This document shows positions 24,860 to 37,151 of a DNA stretch of 64,000 bases, in pieces. Under the pieces are notes generated by a model, which ran no database searches, was not told the DNA's origin, and worked only from the letters and a program-made list of their open reading frames with translations. Each line of letters opens with the position of its first letter. The stretch's first letter is position 1. The DNA comes from Cenococcum geophilum (taxonomy: Eukaryota), in assembly GCA_050273025.1 (NCBI GenBank), contig CP158635.1, forward strand, positions 17,732,001-17,796,000, written 5' to 3'. Both the position numbers and the translations under genes were made by a program.

Positions 24860-25920
24860 GTTATAAAGGCAGAGCTATTAGCAGTAGTAGACGACGATGC
24901 TACTTACTACATACGGTAGTGCTCCTTAAATTCTTCAATTAGGTCAATAATAAATAGGGCTTCTTCGTTCTTACGTTCCTTATAAATAAGGTCTACTTCT
25001 AGAGCTCCTATAAAGCTAGAAGAGATGGGCTTAATTGCTTAAACGAAATCATAGTATAGCCTAAATTCTTATACGTCTGGTAGCTCCAATTGTTCCGCAA
25101 GCTTATAGACGTTCCGCTAGCTGTTTAGCCATTTATTAATGCTCTACTTTTTATTATAGGCTTTTAAAGCCGTGTATTAATTAAGGACGTCGTGCTTTTA
25201 ACCTAATGTGGTAGGAGCTAGAGCTTTCTTAAGTGCTTATAGCCGTCCGTATACTATATCTAGGCCGTTAATAAGAGGGAGGTAGGCTACTAACGTCGTT
25301 CGCACAATGTAGTTGCTAATGTCGTTAACAGCCTGTTTTTGCTTTTAGTATATTCGGAGATCGTCCTTATATTTAGAATAGAGCTAGTTATAGGTAATAA
25401 GTTAGTTTGGTTCTAGCTTCGCTATTAATATAGCCGTCAGTAGTACGTCTCTTAGTATAGGTCGACTTGGTGGTTCTAGCGTTAAAAGATTCTTTTTCTT
25501 CTTTAATAGGTTACGATATTGCCATACCTTATTTATTTTGGCTGTGTCTTAGATAATAAAGAACCACTATATCTAATTAGAGGGCTAGTTAAGGATAAGG
25601 TTAACTTTTAATTTATTTATAGTTGTTATTTTTAGGATTTTAACAGGTTAGGTAGGGTCCAATTGGCGGCTTAGCAAAAACCTTATTTGACGTTCCGAAC
25701 TTTCGATTTGATTAGACGGTTCGTTCGTCGGTTGGGTACGGTCGTTAGTCGAGGTCGATTGTCCGTTCGTTTAATAGGTAAAGAAGCTTAAGACACTATA
25801 AAGGTAGTAGAAGTAGTGACTTCTTAAATAAGGTAGTGGATTGATTGCTTTAACAGATAGTGCAACAGGTAGTGCGATTTAATTAATTGGTTAGTAGGTA
25901 GTGCGATCCGGGCTTATAAC

Positions 25921-26156
25921 TGTAAGCTTTATAGTGTAGAAGAATTAAATAAGCGACTTAATTGTAAATCTATGGAAATCAAGTGGTATATATACATGAG
26001 AAAGGTGCAGATAATAAGGGGTAATTGACCGAGTCAGTGACCGAGTTAGTGACTAAGTCGGTAAGCGAGTCAAGAGGTAGGTGACTGGAATAGAGACAGT
26101 TTAATATGCAGTCGAGTCAGTGTAGTACTCTGGCGGTGTGCTAGTAGTCGGTTACA
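25921..26156 (-). repeat. 5' LTR of Copia A
   Basis: Matches 10125-10360; adjacent to the PBS. Confidence 0.95.
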
Positions 26157-26570
26157 ATATATCTCTATCTATTTTAGGGGGGGCCTAAAATAGAACCCCT
26201 AGCAGTTAAACTAGGCGTTAAAGGTAGTGCAGTATAGGAAAAATAGGCCTATATTTTTATAGCGGGCTAAAAATATAGAGGAGCTGGAAGGAAGAAGGCG
26301 GTATAGCACGGGCGTATAATTAGGAGCGCTCACGCGGAGGTTAAGAGGGGGGAAAAGGAAAGGAAGGGAGAAGCGAGCAAGAAAGAGAGGCGGTGAGGTT
26401 AAAAAACTAGATAGCATTTTTAATAGAGGCGTGGAACTTTAAAAAGAATAAGAGGTAAAGTTAGGAAAAGAAAATAAATTACCAAATAAAACGGTTAGTT
26501 TTCCGCAAGGGCTACGGAAAAACGTAGATTCCGAGTGGTGGCTTAGCAGAATGTTTACGGCTCTAGAGAC

Positions 26571-26717
26571 GGATTTGCACGAAGCTCTACACGAAGCTTT
26601 GCACGAGGCTCTACACAAAGCTCTACACGAAGCTCTACGTACAGAGGCTCTGCACGAGGCTCTGCACAAGGCTCTGCGCGAAGCTCTGCGTACGGAGGCT
26701 CTAGACAAAGCTCTGCA
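26571..26717. repeat. Tandem 12-bp minisatellite, consensus GCACGAAGCTCT (~12 units)
   Basis: Visible periodicity; source of the HEAL/ASCR low-complexity ORFs. Confidence 0.9.
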
Positions 26718-27888
26718 TCGGGTCCCCGTTATATTCCCAATAGCCTCCTGTCGACCTAAATCAGGTTATCTTATCACCGACTTAGCTACCTCCCATTGAC
26801 TTAGTCATTGACTTAGTCATTAACTCGGTCATTGACTCGGTCACCTACTCCTTGTTTCCATTGCCACCCCCCTACACCCTTCTCGTTCTCATTTCCTATA
26901 CCTTTCCTATATATATATAGAGGCTATTAGAGCCACATTTAACAGATAGAGTTATCATTCTTTTTTTATAATTAGTGCATAGACTACTAATCAACAGTTA
27001 TAAGCCCGGGTTGCTTACCGTATTACCCCTATTTAACTAATTTATTTATTTAATTATACCCCTTATTAAATTACTACCTATTACTAAATCCTTCGACCTT
27101 TCTGTAAGCACCTTTTTAAAATAACTTATTAACCACCTACCTAAGCTATTACTATAATAGTAATATTATCGAGCCAAGCTCATTAGGACGAATGGATTAA
27201 CCTTATTAGGCTTCGCGCCCGAATAGGAGACGTATAGGAATATGTCAACCCCTTAACCAAATAGGATAAATTGCCCCAACTAATTAAACTAGTTTTTCCT
27301 AGGCCTTAAGATATAAAGCTAGAAATAACCTCCTATATAGCTCTTTCTAAGGATAAAAAGGACGAGCTTTAAATTCTCTATAAGAGGTATAAAATAATAA
27401 AGAAGGAGTATAAGAAGTAGAAGGCAGCTTTAACTTCTCTATAAAGCTATATTACTAGTATAGTAGCCAGATATCTAAACACCTATATACTAGGTATTAA
27501 CTTAGTATATAATGTACTAGTAACTCTTAAGAAGAGGGTTGCCCCTACTAATACTGCACATTAGCTCTACCTATCCACTTAATACGCAAAGGTTAAAAAG
27601 GGCCCAAAGAATTAGAACTTTGAGGCCTGGTTATAGCAGTAGGAGAAGACGTATAATAACTGTTAAAAGATTAAACTGTTAGATGTATAAGGCGACTAAG
27701 TAATTAGAGACTTTCTACTAGTAATAAAGCTAGTATTACTAAATTAGGCCTTAACGTAGAGGGTCGAATTTAATAAATATAACTGGGCCAGTAACTACGT
27801 AATATCTATATATTAACTGGTCGATATATATTAAAACTATTAATAATTAAAAACTGCCTAGTAGAAGAATAGAGCTTAGCTTAGTGCT

Positions 27889-28081
27889 TATAACGGCTCA
27901 AACTATCAAATAAATGTCTTAATAGAGACTTAAATAAATGCTTGCAAGATCAAGCGAACGAATGCTGTATTATAAAGATATTAAGCTAAGGAGCAAGAGA
28001 AGGTGGTGAGGCCACGTCTATATACACACGCCAAGTCTTAAGCGAACCCCTGACTAGGTGACGCGCTCTAGCGCCGTTACA
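27889..28081. mobile_element. Solo LTR (193 bp) inserted in Copia B gag
   Basis: Termini TATAACGGC (RIP of TGTAACGGC)...GCCGTTACA; TSD GTGCT at 27884-88 and 28082-86. Confidence 0.85.
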
Positions 28082-28838
28082 GTGCTAATATAGTAAGCTT
28101 TTAGGGCAAGCTAATTGATAAGGCTTTTAAGGATAAGGCTCCTAAGGATAAGGCCCTAATAACTACCTCTAGGATAGTATAAAAGAAAGATACCCTAACG
28201 TGCTACTATAGAGCTATTTACTAGTTCTAAGATTATCCTTATATTAATAAGTTGGTTTAATTAAAGGATTAAAAATTAGATAAAGCTACGGCTAAAAAAG
28301 GTAAAAAAAAAAGATTGCTAATGCCCTAGAATGGTATAAGCGGACACTTAAGAGGGTTAGGAAGTAGTTTTTAAAAAAGGAAGCTGTATAGAGCCCAGAC
28401 GGAAGTTAGAAGGAAGATAATAGTACCTTTTACGTATATTAAATAGGCGCCTATAAAGTAGGCACTAACTATAAGCTATATAATAGAGTAATTCTTAACA
28501 ATAGAACTACCATATACGTTATTAATGATTGATTAAGATTCGTTAATAAGCTTTAACTAAGTAAGGACTTTATATATGCTAGGATAGGTATAGATCCGAT
28601 TAAGGGTATAGGGACGGCGGCAATTACTATCTAAACGCCATTGGGTCCTAGAAAGATCTTTTTAGCTAATATAGCATTTATACCAGCCTTTTATACAAAT
28701 TTAGCCTACTTAAGAAAGTTTAATAAGAAGAATATATAGTAGGATTATAAAAGGAACCTGCTATACAAAAACGATTATCCCTTGGCCCGTCAGCGTCTAA
28801 TGAGTAAGTGGTCCGTGCGCGAACACTAGTTTTGAAAC

Positions 28839-31800
28839 CAGACTTGCGGAGGATAAATTATCCTATCTGGTTGGGCGGATAATAATCCTATTTAAGGATA
28901 GCCCGGATATTGGATAATATCCAGATAATATCTAAATATCCGTAAAATTTTAACTATAAAATAAAACCTTTACCCCCTATTATATGACGATATAAATATA
29001 GCTAGTACTAGTAAAACTCACCCCGAAAACTTTAATAATAATAATTCCTTTAAAGTTAATATACTTTCTACCCTTTTAAGCAGCGTTAAGACTAAAGCTA
29101 ATACTGATTTAATTCTAACTACTTATATAATATAGATCTTAAGACAAGTCTCCTTAATTTATAAATATACTTATACGGCAACAAAGGAAGAAAAGGCCCA
29201 TATAAAGAAACGCTACTTTTATAAATACTATCCTCCTTAAGACCTAAAAGGATACCATTCCTTAACCGTTGGATTATAAGGCTATTTTAAAAATATATAA
29301 TATTAAATAGAATCTAGTAAAGAATTAGGAGCGTATAACAGTAAAAGATTAGGGGGAGAGATATCTTTTAGAACTATATTAAAAGCTTTTAGTAAGAGGA
29401 GAAGTTTAAGGTCTTAAGGGTGAGGTTCTAAAGCGTATAGTATATTAAAATACTATAAAGCAAGCACTTCTAGATCTAATTATTGTATAATAGTTTCCCT
29501 TCTTATATATAAAATGGCTAGAGTTTTATACTTTCGTAAAAGTATTAAATTAAGAAGCACCCTTAATTATCCCTATATACTACTTAACGATTATAGCCTA
29601 GATTCTTAAATACTTTACTAAGAGTTAAGATATCGTATAAAAAGTACTTTAATTTATAAAAATAAATATTTACCTTACCGTGGATATCTGGACCTCTCTA
29701 AGTTATTCCCTTTTTTGGAATCTATGCTAGCTTTATTAATATCTAGGATAAATACCGGAGCTCCTTAATTGCCCTTTGTACGGTATCTAGTTAAAGCGGT
29801 ATAGATTAATAGGAGGCGCTTTATTCGGTTCTTATTAAGTATAGTATTAAAATAAAGATTAAAGCTCTTATTGGCAATAATGCTAAATTAAATAATGTTC
29901 TCTGTTATATAATTAGCTAATGGCTTAGCCTTAAGTATAAAATTAACTGAATCGCAACGTATTAAAGAATTTGCTATTAGGGGCACGTTATTAATCTTAT
30001 TATTTAAGCCTTTTTATTTAGTTTAAAAAAGGATAAAAAGCTTATAAACTTATATAATAAAGAGGATAAGAAATAGGATAAAGAAGAAGATAAAGAAGAG
30101 GAGGATATTGTATAATAAGTACTACCGCTAGTATTAGATAAAAAGCGTAAAAAAGGTAAAAAAAAGTATAAAATATTATGGGGCTAATAAAGAAGCTTTA
30201 TAACTATATTGTTTATATCCGCAGCTTAGTTAACCGTATAAAATGGTTTATTAAACATGCTAGTAAAATAGTTTCTCTTAATAATTGTATAAGATAAAAT
30301 AGCTAATTTTTTATATTATATATAGCTCTAGAGAATAAGGTAAAGGCTAGGCTTTAACTCTATATAGAGCACTATAAGGATAACTTAAAAGATAATAACC
30401 TTTTAATAAGCGAATGGGTACATCTTTATATAATTTATAATTTCCTTTAGTCTTTCTACGAAGCCACTCTATTTCTTTAAGGAGATTATATAATACTAGA
30501 AAGGGTTTTAAAATTAGTTAATATCCTTAAGGATATAATATAGACCGTATTAGTATATTATATAATACCCTTAATATTTCTTTAGCTAATTATTTCTTAT
30601 AGGTAATAGCTACTCAGGCTAAGGATAAGTTTATAAGTCCTTAACTCTAATATGCCGAGGAAAAGCTTATAAAGTATATTAAGAAGCTAGGTAATTCTCC
30701 CTACTATCTAGTGGTATAAGTTTTTAACCTAGAGTGTTATACGGCTTTCTTAAAAGATTAGAACGATTCTATTACTATTAAAGGAGAAAAAAAGCTCTTT
30801 AGCGTATAAAAGCTCTGGGAGAGATTCCGTAAGAAAGTAATACTTTTAAGTTTAACTATATTGTACGCAACTAAGAAAACTTAAAAGTCGCCTTTAGAGC
30901 CTAAAGAAAACCTCTCTACCTTTTATAAGGCTTGTCTTTAGCACTATTTAAAATATACTCGTCTATAAAGTTTAGATAAGTTTAATAACTATATTAACGA
31001 GAATCTAATTCCACTTAATAGTCGTATAATAGCTATTTAATAGTGGAATTAGCCTCTTTAGTATATAAGATTTCCACGACTCTTATAGCTTATAATTAAA
31101 GTTCTTTTAATACCTAGGATAAGCGATGGGCTAGAGAGAGTATTTTTAGGTTCTTAATGTCGTGTTCCATAGGATTGTACGAAAACTACTCTATAAATAC
31201 TTAAGGTATTAGAATGTGTAAAGGACTAGGCAGCTTATAAGATTTTAAGTATTCTCTTATAGTTGTATAAGGGAAGGTATATAAGAGATATATTATATAA
31301 TACTAAAGGGCATAAAATATATATAAAATAATTTTAGGTAAAAGGTAACCACTAAGACGTGTAGGTGGCGGATGTAAATATATGCTAACTTTAAATTTAA
31401 TAGATTATAAGTTTAAATACTACTAATGTTGTCCTTTATTAGGAATTAGGAAATATAATTATCTAGTATACTTTTTATCCTACTATATAAGAGATTCTCT
31501 AACAGTAATGCCATACTATAAGTATACTCTCCTTTTTATGTAATATACTTATATAACTAACTAGCCTTAGAATAAGTAGAAAAGGGTAAAAGCTTTACTG
31601 GCAATTAATATAGAGGCTTAGGTAGGGGGTGTATTAGAGAAGTAGGTGCGGATAGGGAGGCCTTTATATATAAATGCAATTCTAATTTAGAGCTGTAGAT
31701 CTCTAAATATAACTATAAGTAACCTATATTACTCGTACGAGGTAGAGAGCTAATTAATACTAGTTTTGTGAGGCCTATACGGCGACTTCGCGTTATCTAG

Positions 31801-32640
31801 TAGGCCCTCGCCCCTTTACTAAGTGTTGGAGTCTCCTAGGGTTCTATAGTGGGTGCTGTGGAAATTGCAAGTAGCGGGATTATGGGGCTTAATGTTTAGC
31901 GTACGATAAAAATTCTTAACCTATAGCGGCGGCAGCAGGAGGAGTATTGGAGGGTGAGGATTGGATTGTGGAATTGGAGGATAATAAGGAATAGATAAAA
32001 GTCACTAAATTTAAACTGCTAGGTCTCCTCTCTTTTACTATTTTAATTTTATTTTATGCGTATAAAAGCCTTATATAGGCTTTATACGAGGATCTATATA
32101 AATCTCTATATATGGAGGCTTTATACGAAGCTCTGTACTGAGCTCCGTATATAGAGGCTCTGCACGGCTCTGCGTACGATGGTTCTACGTACGACGGCTC
32201 TACTATGGAGGCTCTATATAAAAGCTTTATGCGAAGCTTCGTGTAGAGCTTCGTGTAGAGCCTCCGTATGCAGAGCTTTGTATAGAGCTTCGTGCAGAGC
32301 TTCGTGCAAAGCTTCGTGCAGAGCTTCGTGCAGAGCTTTGTATAGAGCTCCGTGCGCGGCTTATTCTATAAAGCTCTTATAAGCTTTATATCTATATAAT
32401 ATTACTTATCCTTAGGATATTTGAATAAAAGTAGTACCATTATAAAGCGCTTTATAAGCTCTATAAATCTATATTAATAGAAAATTTATTTATTTAATAT
32501 TAGGGGTTATATTATAAGTGTAAGTATATTAAGGGAATTTTGCTAAGACTATCTAGAGACTATCCGGATAGTCTCCGGATACTATTAGCTAATAGGTCTA
32601 TTATCTAAGAGGCCTATCCGGCCTATTCTCCGCAAGTCTG
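28839..32640 (+). mobile_element. hAT DNA transposon with RIP-degraded transposase (~29000-31250)
   Basis: TIR CAGACTTGCGGAG; 8-bp TSD TTTGAAAC/TTTAAAAT (RIP pair); subterminal GGATA/TATCC repeats; motifs DIWTS ~29683, (D)NA..N(D) ~29876, GHVINL ~29981, L(D)NC(T)R(W)..S ~30277, IP(GM)SD..ERVF ~31109. Confidence 0.92.
32077..32385. repeat. Head-to-head inverted array of the GCACGAAGCTCT 12-mer
   Basis: Left units read ACGAAGCTCT and right units read AGAGCTTCGTGC; orientation flips at the near-palindrome GCGAAGCTTCGT, ~32231-32242. Confidence 0.8.
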
Positions 32641-33741
32641 TTTAAAATAACGCGTGTACCTACCTACCACAATGCAAAATACAGTTCTGTAGGAAAGATA
32701 AATGCTAGTAACTTTATATCGAGCGACTTAACTCCTAAAACTAGGCGCGTATATTAAATTACTACAAAACTAAAGCCTTACACCCCCTAGTACAGGCGTT
32801 AAATCCAGTACGATTAATTGGCTAGTTTTTATCGATAACCGTTAGACGCGAATTGACGGGCTAAGGGATAAGATACTTATATATTGCGAGCGCTATTGTA
32901 ATTAATTAACCCTAAAGTATAACGAGCTATAATTAGGGACTTTAAGCAAGGCCTTATTTATAATATAATTATAAGACCCCCTTTCTAATTAGGAAGTAGT
33001 AGGTAGACTTTAGTATAAGAAACTAGGCTATATAGAACCTAATGCGATTAAGCATCTACCCTAGGAAGTAGGTGGTGCGAAACTTTAAGGTCTAGCAATA
33101 ATTAACTATAAGATCTATACTGTTAGCAAAGCTTATAAAATTATATTAAGAAGAATACCTACTAGTAAGGCGACTAGGCCCTTCTATTAAGTGCATATCG
33201 ACTTATTTTTAGAGATTGTAGTATATAACGGTTATATCTGGGCGATATATTTCTATAATAAATTTCTACGTTTAAACGAGGTTAAGACCTTTGCCTATAA
33301 GTTGTTAACAATATAAGTAATTATATAATACTTAAATAGAGTAAAATGTTAATACAACCCAAAGATCGTAATAATTTAAATTAATGGCGAAATGTCCCTA
33401 GGTGGTAAGTTTAATCCCTAGAGAATCTAAAAAGGAATATTACTAGAGCAGTTGGCCCTATATATAAATTTATAAAACGGTTCTACCAAACGTTCTAGGG
33501 GGGTAATTATTATTAAGTCTTAATATATATGGATTAAGGCTTAATTACCAAAAGAGCTTTAGCCAGAAATTATTGGGGTAGTAGTGTATTTAATTAATAG
33601 GACACTAAGCGCCTAGCTTAGCTAGATAACACCTTTTAAAAAGCTTTAGTTAGTACTAGGGCTCTCGCCATTAAAGCTAAATATAGCGTACCTATAAGTA
33701 TATGGCTGTAAAGCTTACCGGCTTAAATATAATATCCTATA

Positions 33742-35758
33742 TAGTAAAACCTCGTTATACCATTTAGCTTGGTAGTAGGGGGTTTAAACATTATACTATA
33801 TAGAAACGTTATATTGCGAGCTCACTTATTAATTACTATAAGAGGCTAAATTAACTCTTCCCTCTATCTATAACTACTTAAAGAAGCTTATAATAGTTGT
33901 TTGCCTTACCTACGTAGCTTAACGGCCTTAAATTACTCTCTCTACCTTTATAAGAGCTGTAATTAGAGTCTTATTACTATCCTCTTACTACCCTTTATAG
34001 AGCTTAAGGCGCTTAAGTGCATCTAAAGCCTTATTAAGCTTAATAACTTATAGCTTAACCTCCTTATTGCTTTCTTTATTATCTAGCGCGTTATATAAAG
34101 CAATAATTAAGGCCTTAATTGCTTTCTGTAATATAGAGGCCTTAGGCTTTATTAAAGCGTCCTCCCTATTTATATTAATGAAGTTACTAATAGAAATTAA
34201 TTGCTTAGTTTGCCCTGCTTAGCTAAGCTACTATAAATATACCTCTAATTCGGCCTTAAGCTAAGGCTCGCTATACCTACCTAGCGTACCCTAGGGGCTT
34301 TTATAGGGTTTAAAGATTGTTAAATATATAAAGCAATTTATTACGGTTTAAGGACTAATTTTATACTATGCTGCGATAGCCTACTAAATAGCCCTAAGTA
34401 CGTTTATTGTCTTAAAGGGGTTCCTATCTTATTCTACTTAATCTACTATATAGAATAGCTAGTAGCGGCGGTAATATACTTTAAAGGTTTAAATTATACC
34501 CTAATCTAGAGGCTAATAGAGAGAGATAACGTTTTTAGGTAAAAATTTAACCCTAGTATTAAGTAAGCTAGTGCGCTCTAATATTATAAGTATACCTTTA
34601 GTATAGCTAGGAGCGGAATTAATAAGTAAAAGAACCTTCCTACCGCCTATTAAGCTATTAAACCACTTAATATAATTAAGGAATATTAACGCCGTTATTT
34701 AGGCCTTTTTATTAAACCTTTATGCGAAGTTAAGACCCTTAAGGTTGCTATACTACGTGCTAAAACATTAAGGATTCTTTGCTCTTTTAATAATCTATAG
34801 GGGTATAATATAGCTGCCGTCTACGTTACTATAGTAAATGGTTATAATACGCTTTTTCTACTTTTTAGGACCTAATTACCCTATAGTTATAAGTCATATA
34901 TTTAGCGTAGCCTTATAAAAAAAGCCCTGCCTTATCTATATTATAGACATCTTAATTTAGGTACGCATCTATAATAACCCTAAGCTCCTATATACGCTTT
35001 TTAGCGCCCTCTATATCTGCTAACCTAGCCTCGCTATATAGTTTCTGTCTTAATATTTAATTCCTCTTCTTAAAATTATTAACCTAACCGCTTAAGAAGC
35101 TAGGCTGTTATTAACCCTAATAATACGCTATTATATTCTAAAGCCTTATTACTATAGCCTAAATAAGGTTGCTAGTAATGAGTATATTAGCAACCTATAT
35201 CCGCTATTACTATTTAAATAGCGCTTCTTTAAGCTTAGGATTATTAGGAGCTTTACGCCTCTTAAAGCCCTCTTAGCCGCGTTAAAGGACTAGCAAATTA
35301 AGGTACTTATATTTAGGCTTTAAGGAGTCTAATATAATAGACTATTAAATAGGGCGTTAAAATTAATTAGTAAAAAAGCGAGTAGTATCTCTTTAAGATT
35401 TTTTAGGGTTCTTATAGTAGTATATCCGGATCTACTACCTTTTGCGCTTTAAAACACTATAGTGGCGGAGGCGCTTAGGGTTATCCTTAGGCTTCGCCAT
35501 TGCATAGGGCAAGAGTGGTGTTAAATTAATAAATATTAATGGCTGCGGTGCTAGTTTATAGGCTTAAGAGTAAGGGGTTAATACTTCCATAAATAGGGTT
35601 TTCAACACTATAATAGCTCGCGCTATACCGTTCTTATATAAGAGAGCTTTAAACGTAAGCCTTATAAACCTTATAGTAAAACCAACTGTTTATGGCTATT
35701 GACCGTTATACCGTAGAGAAACGGTATACTAAGATAACGTTAAAACGCGGCTTTACTG
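33742..35758 (-). mobile_element. Tc1/mariner superfamily pogo/CENP-B(Tigger)-like DNA transposon, degraded transposase ~35500-33850
   Basis: Imperfect TIRs (C/T)AGTAAA(A/G)CC.CGTT; TA at 33740-41 and 35759-60; ATG at 35500; FS(N)GLA..(GW)V.NF, VLLLI(D)SA and (Q)PLD(Q)GII motifs on the minus strand. Confidence 0.88.
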
Positions 35759-37151
35759 TATATATAAAAGCTTAAACTAAGGCCTTATATTAGATACCTA
35801 GTAGGGTACTAGTTAATAAATATCTTTAGGGTCTATATACTTAGTAAAAAGAAGGTAATTTAAATAAGAGACGTGACGTTTAATAAGCAATTGCTCTATA
35901 ACGACAGTTAGCCAAATCTTGCGAATCTACTCCAAAAATATGCTAATTAAATTTTGGAGGTAATTAATATATTAAATATTAATAGGACGCTTTAGGAAGA
36001 GCTTAACAAGACGTTAGATAAGACGTTAGATAAGGAAGATAAGGTAGATATTAGTAGAAGTTAATAGGTAGATTCTAATAAAAATTAAGATTAAGTAACA
36101 GATTAATATAATAATATAATCAGCCTATAAGCCTCTAAGGATAACTCTATACTAGGCCTCCCTACCCTAGCTAAGACGCTAGAACTTTAGTTAAATACTA
36201 CTAATATAGAGCCATTAAGTTCTATAATTAATTAAAGACTTTAATTTGAACTTATTCTTAAAGAAGAAGCCTATTTAAGATAGGAGATCTATAGTATTAT
36301 AGGCGATGTTAATATTATAAAAGGTAGAAGAACTAAGAAGCCCTTAACGCGTTAAGCAGCTTACCTAATAAATATTAAGTAATTAGATACCCTTCCTGCC
36401 TTTTATAAAGCCTTTACTACTAATAGTAGATATTACTAAAAGTAATTACACTATAATAAGCTTCTATTACTACCTTATAGCTAGAAGGAGCTTTAAGCTT
36501 ACCTATATAAAAATAGCTTTACGGAAGCCGCAAATAAGGAATATAATAACCTCAAGTAGTAAGGGACATTTGAGGACGTTAAACGGACAGTATTGCTTAA
36601 CGTTTTACTCATTACCTAGGTGTTTACTTATAAGTTTAACACTAATAGATATCTAGTTAAATTTAAAGCCCGTCTTTGTATATAAGGTAACTTATAATAA
36701 CTTAGCAAAAAGGACACGTATATAGTAACTCTTGCGGCTAAAATATTTAGAGCTATAATAGTAATCGTCGCTATATGCAATCTAGAGACTTAGTAGTGTA
36801 ATATAGTTAACACCTTTACTAATAGCTTTATTAATAAGATAGTCTATATTAAGTTTCTAGATAGCTTTTAATAGAAGGGCAGGTGTCTACTCTTTTGAAA
36901 AGCTTTATACGGCTTCTAATAATTACTACTACTTTAGTTTAATAAGTTCTTAACTACCCTAAGAACCCTAGGTCTAACGGTAGTTAATAGAGAATTATGC
37001 CTATTTTATAATAACTAGCTAATTATATTCTTCTATATTAATAATATTATAGCAGCCTATTATATAGAAGATCTACTAAAGCTTTAACTCTTTAAGGAAG
37101 AGCTAATAAAGAAGTATAAAATAAAAAACCTAGGTAAACTAACCTAGTTCT

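Larger units (their letters stand above)
10125..26156 (-). mobile_element. Ty1/Copia LTR retrotransposon A with four nested insertions
   Basis: 236-bp LTRs 10125-10360 and 25921-26156 (TGTAA...TTACA); TSD ATATA (10120-10124, 26157-26161); PPT (C-run at 10361-10368); PBS GTTATAAGCCC (RIP form of GTTATGAGCCC) on the minus strand next to 25920; FFYV(DD)I ~11530-11550; LAP(RA)LI(G)HLVGY ~12750-12783. Confidence 0.95.
28778..32868. mobile_element. ~280-bp Tc1/mariner-type MITE split by the hAT insertion (28778-28838 plus 32649-32868)
   Basis: TIR TCCCTT(G/A)GCCCGTCA..GCGTCTAA at both ends; TA duplicated (28776-77, 32869-70); non-coding. Confidence 0.85.

Noticed and set aside
26439..26799. ORFs with HEAL/ASCR repeats (also 32179-32382)
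   Set aside because: They are translations of the 12-bp minisatellite, open on both strands.
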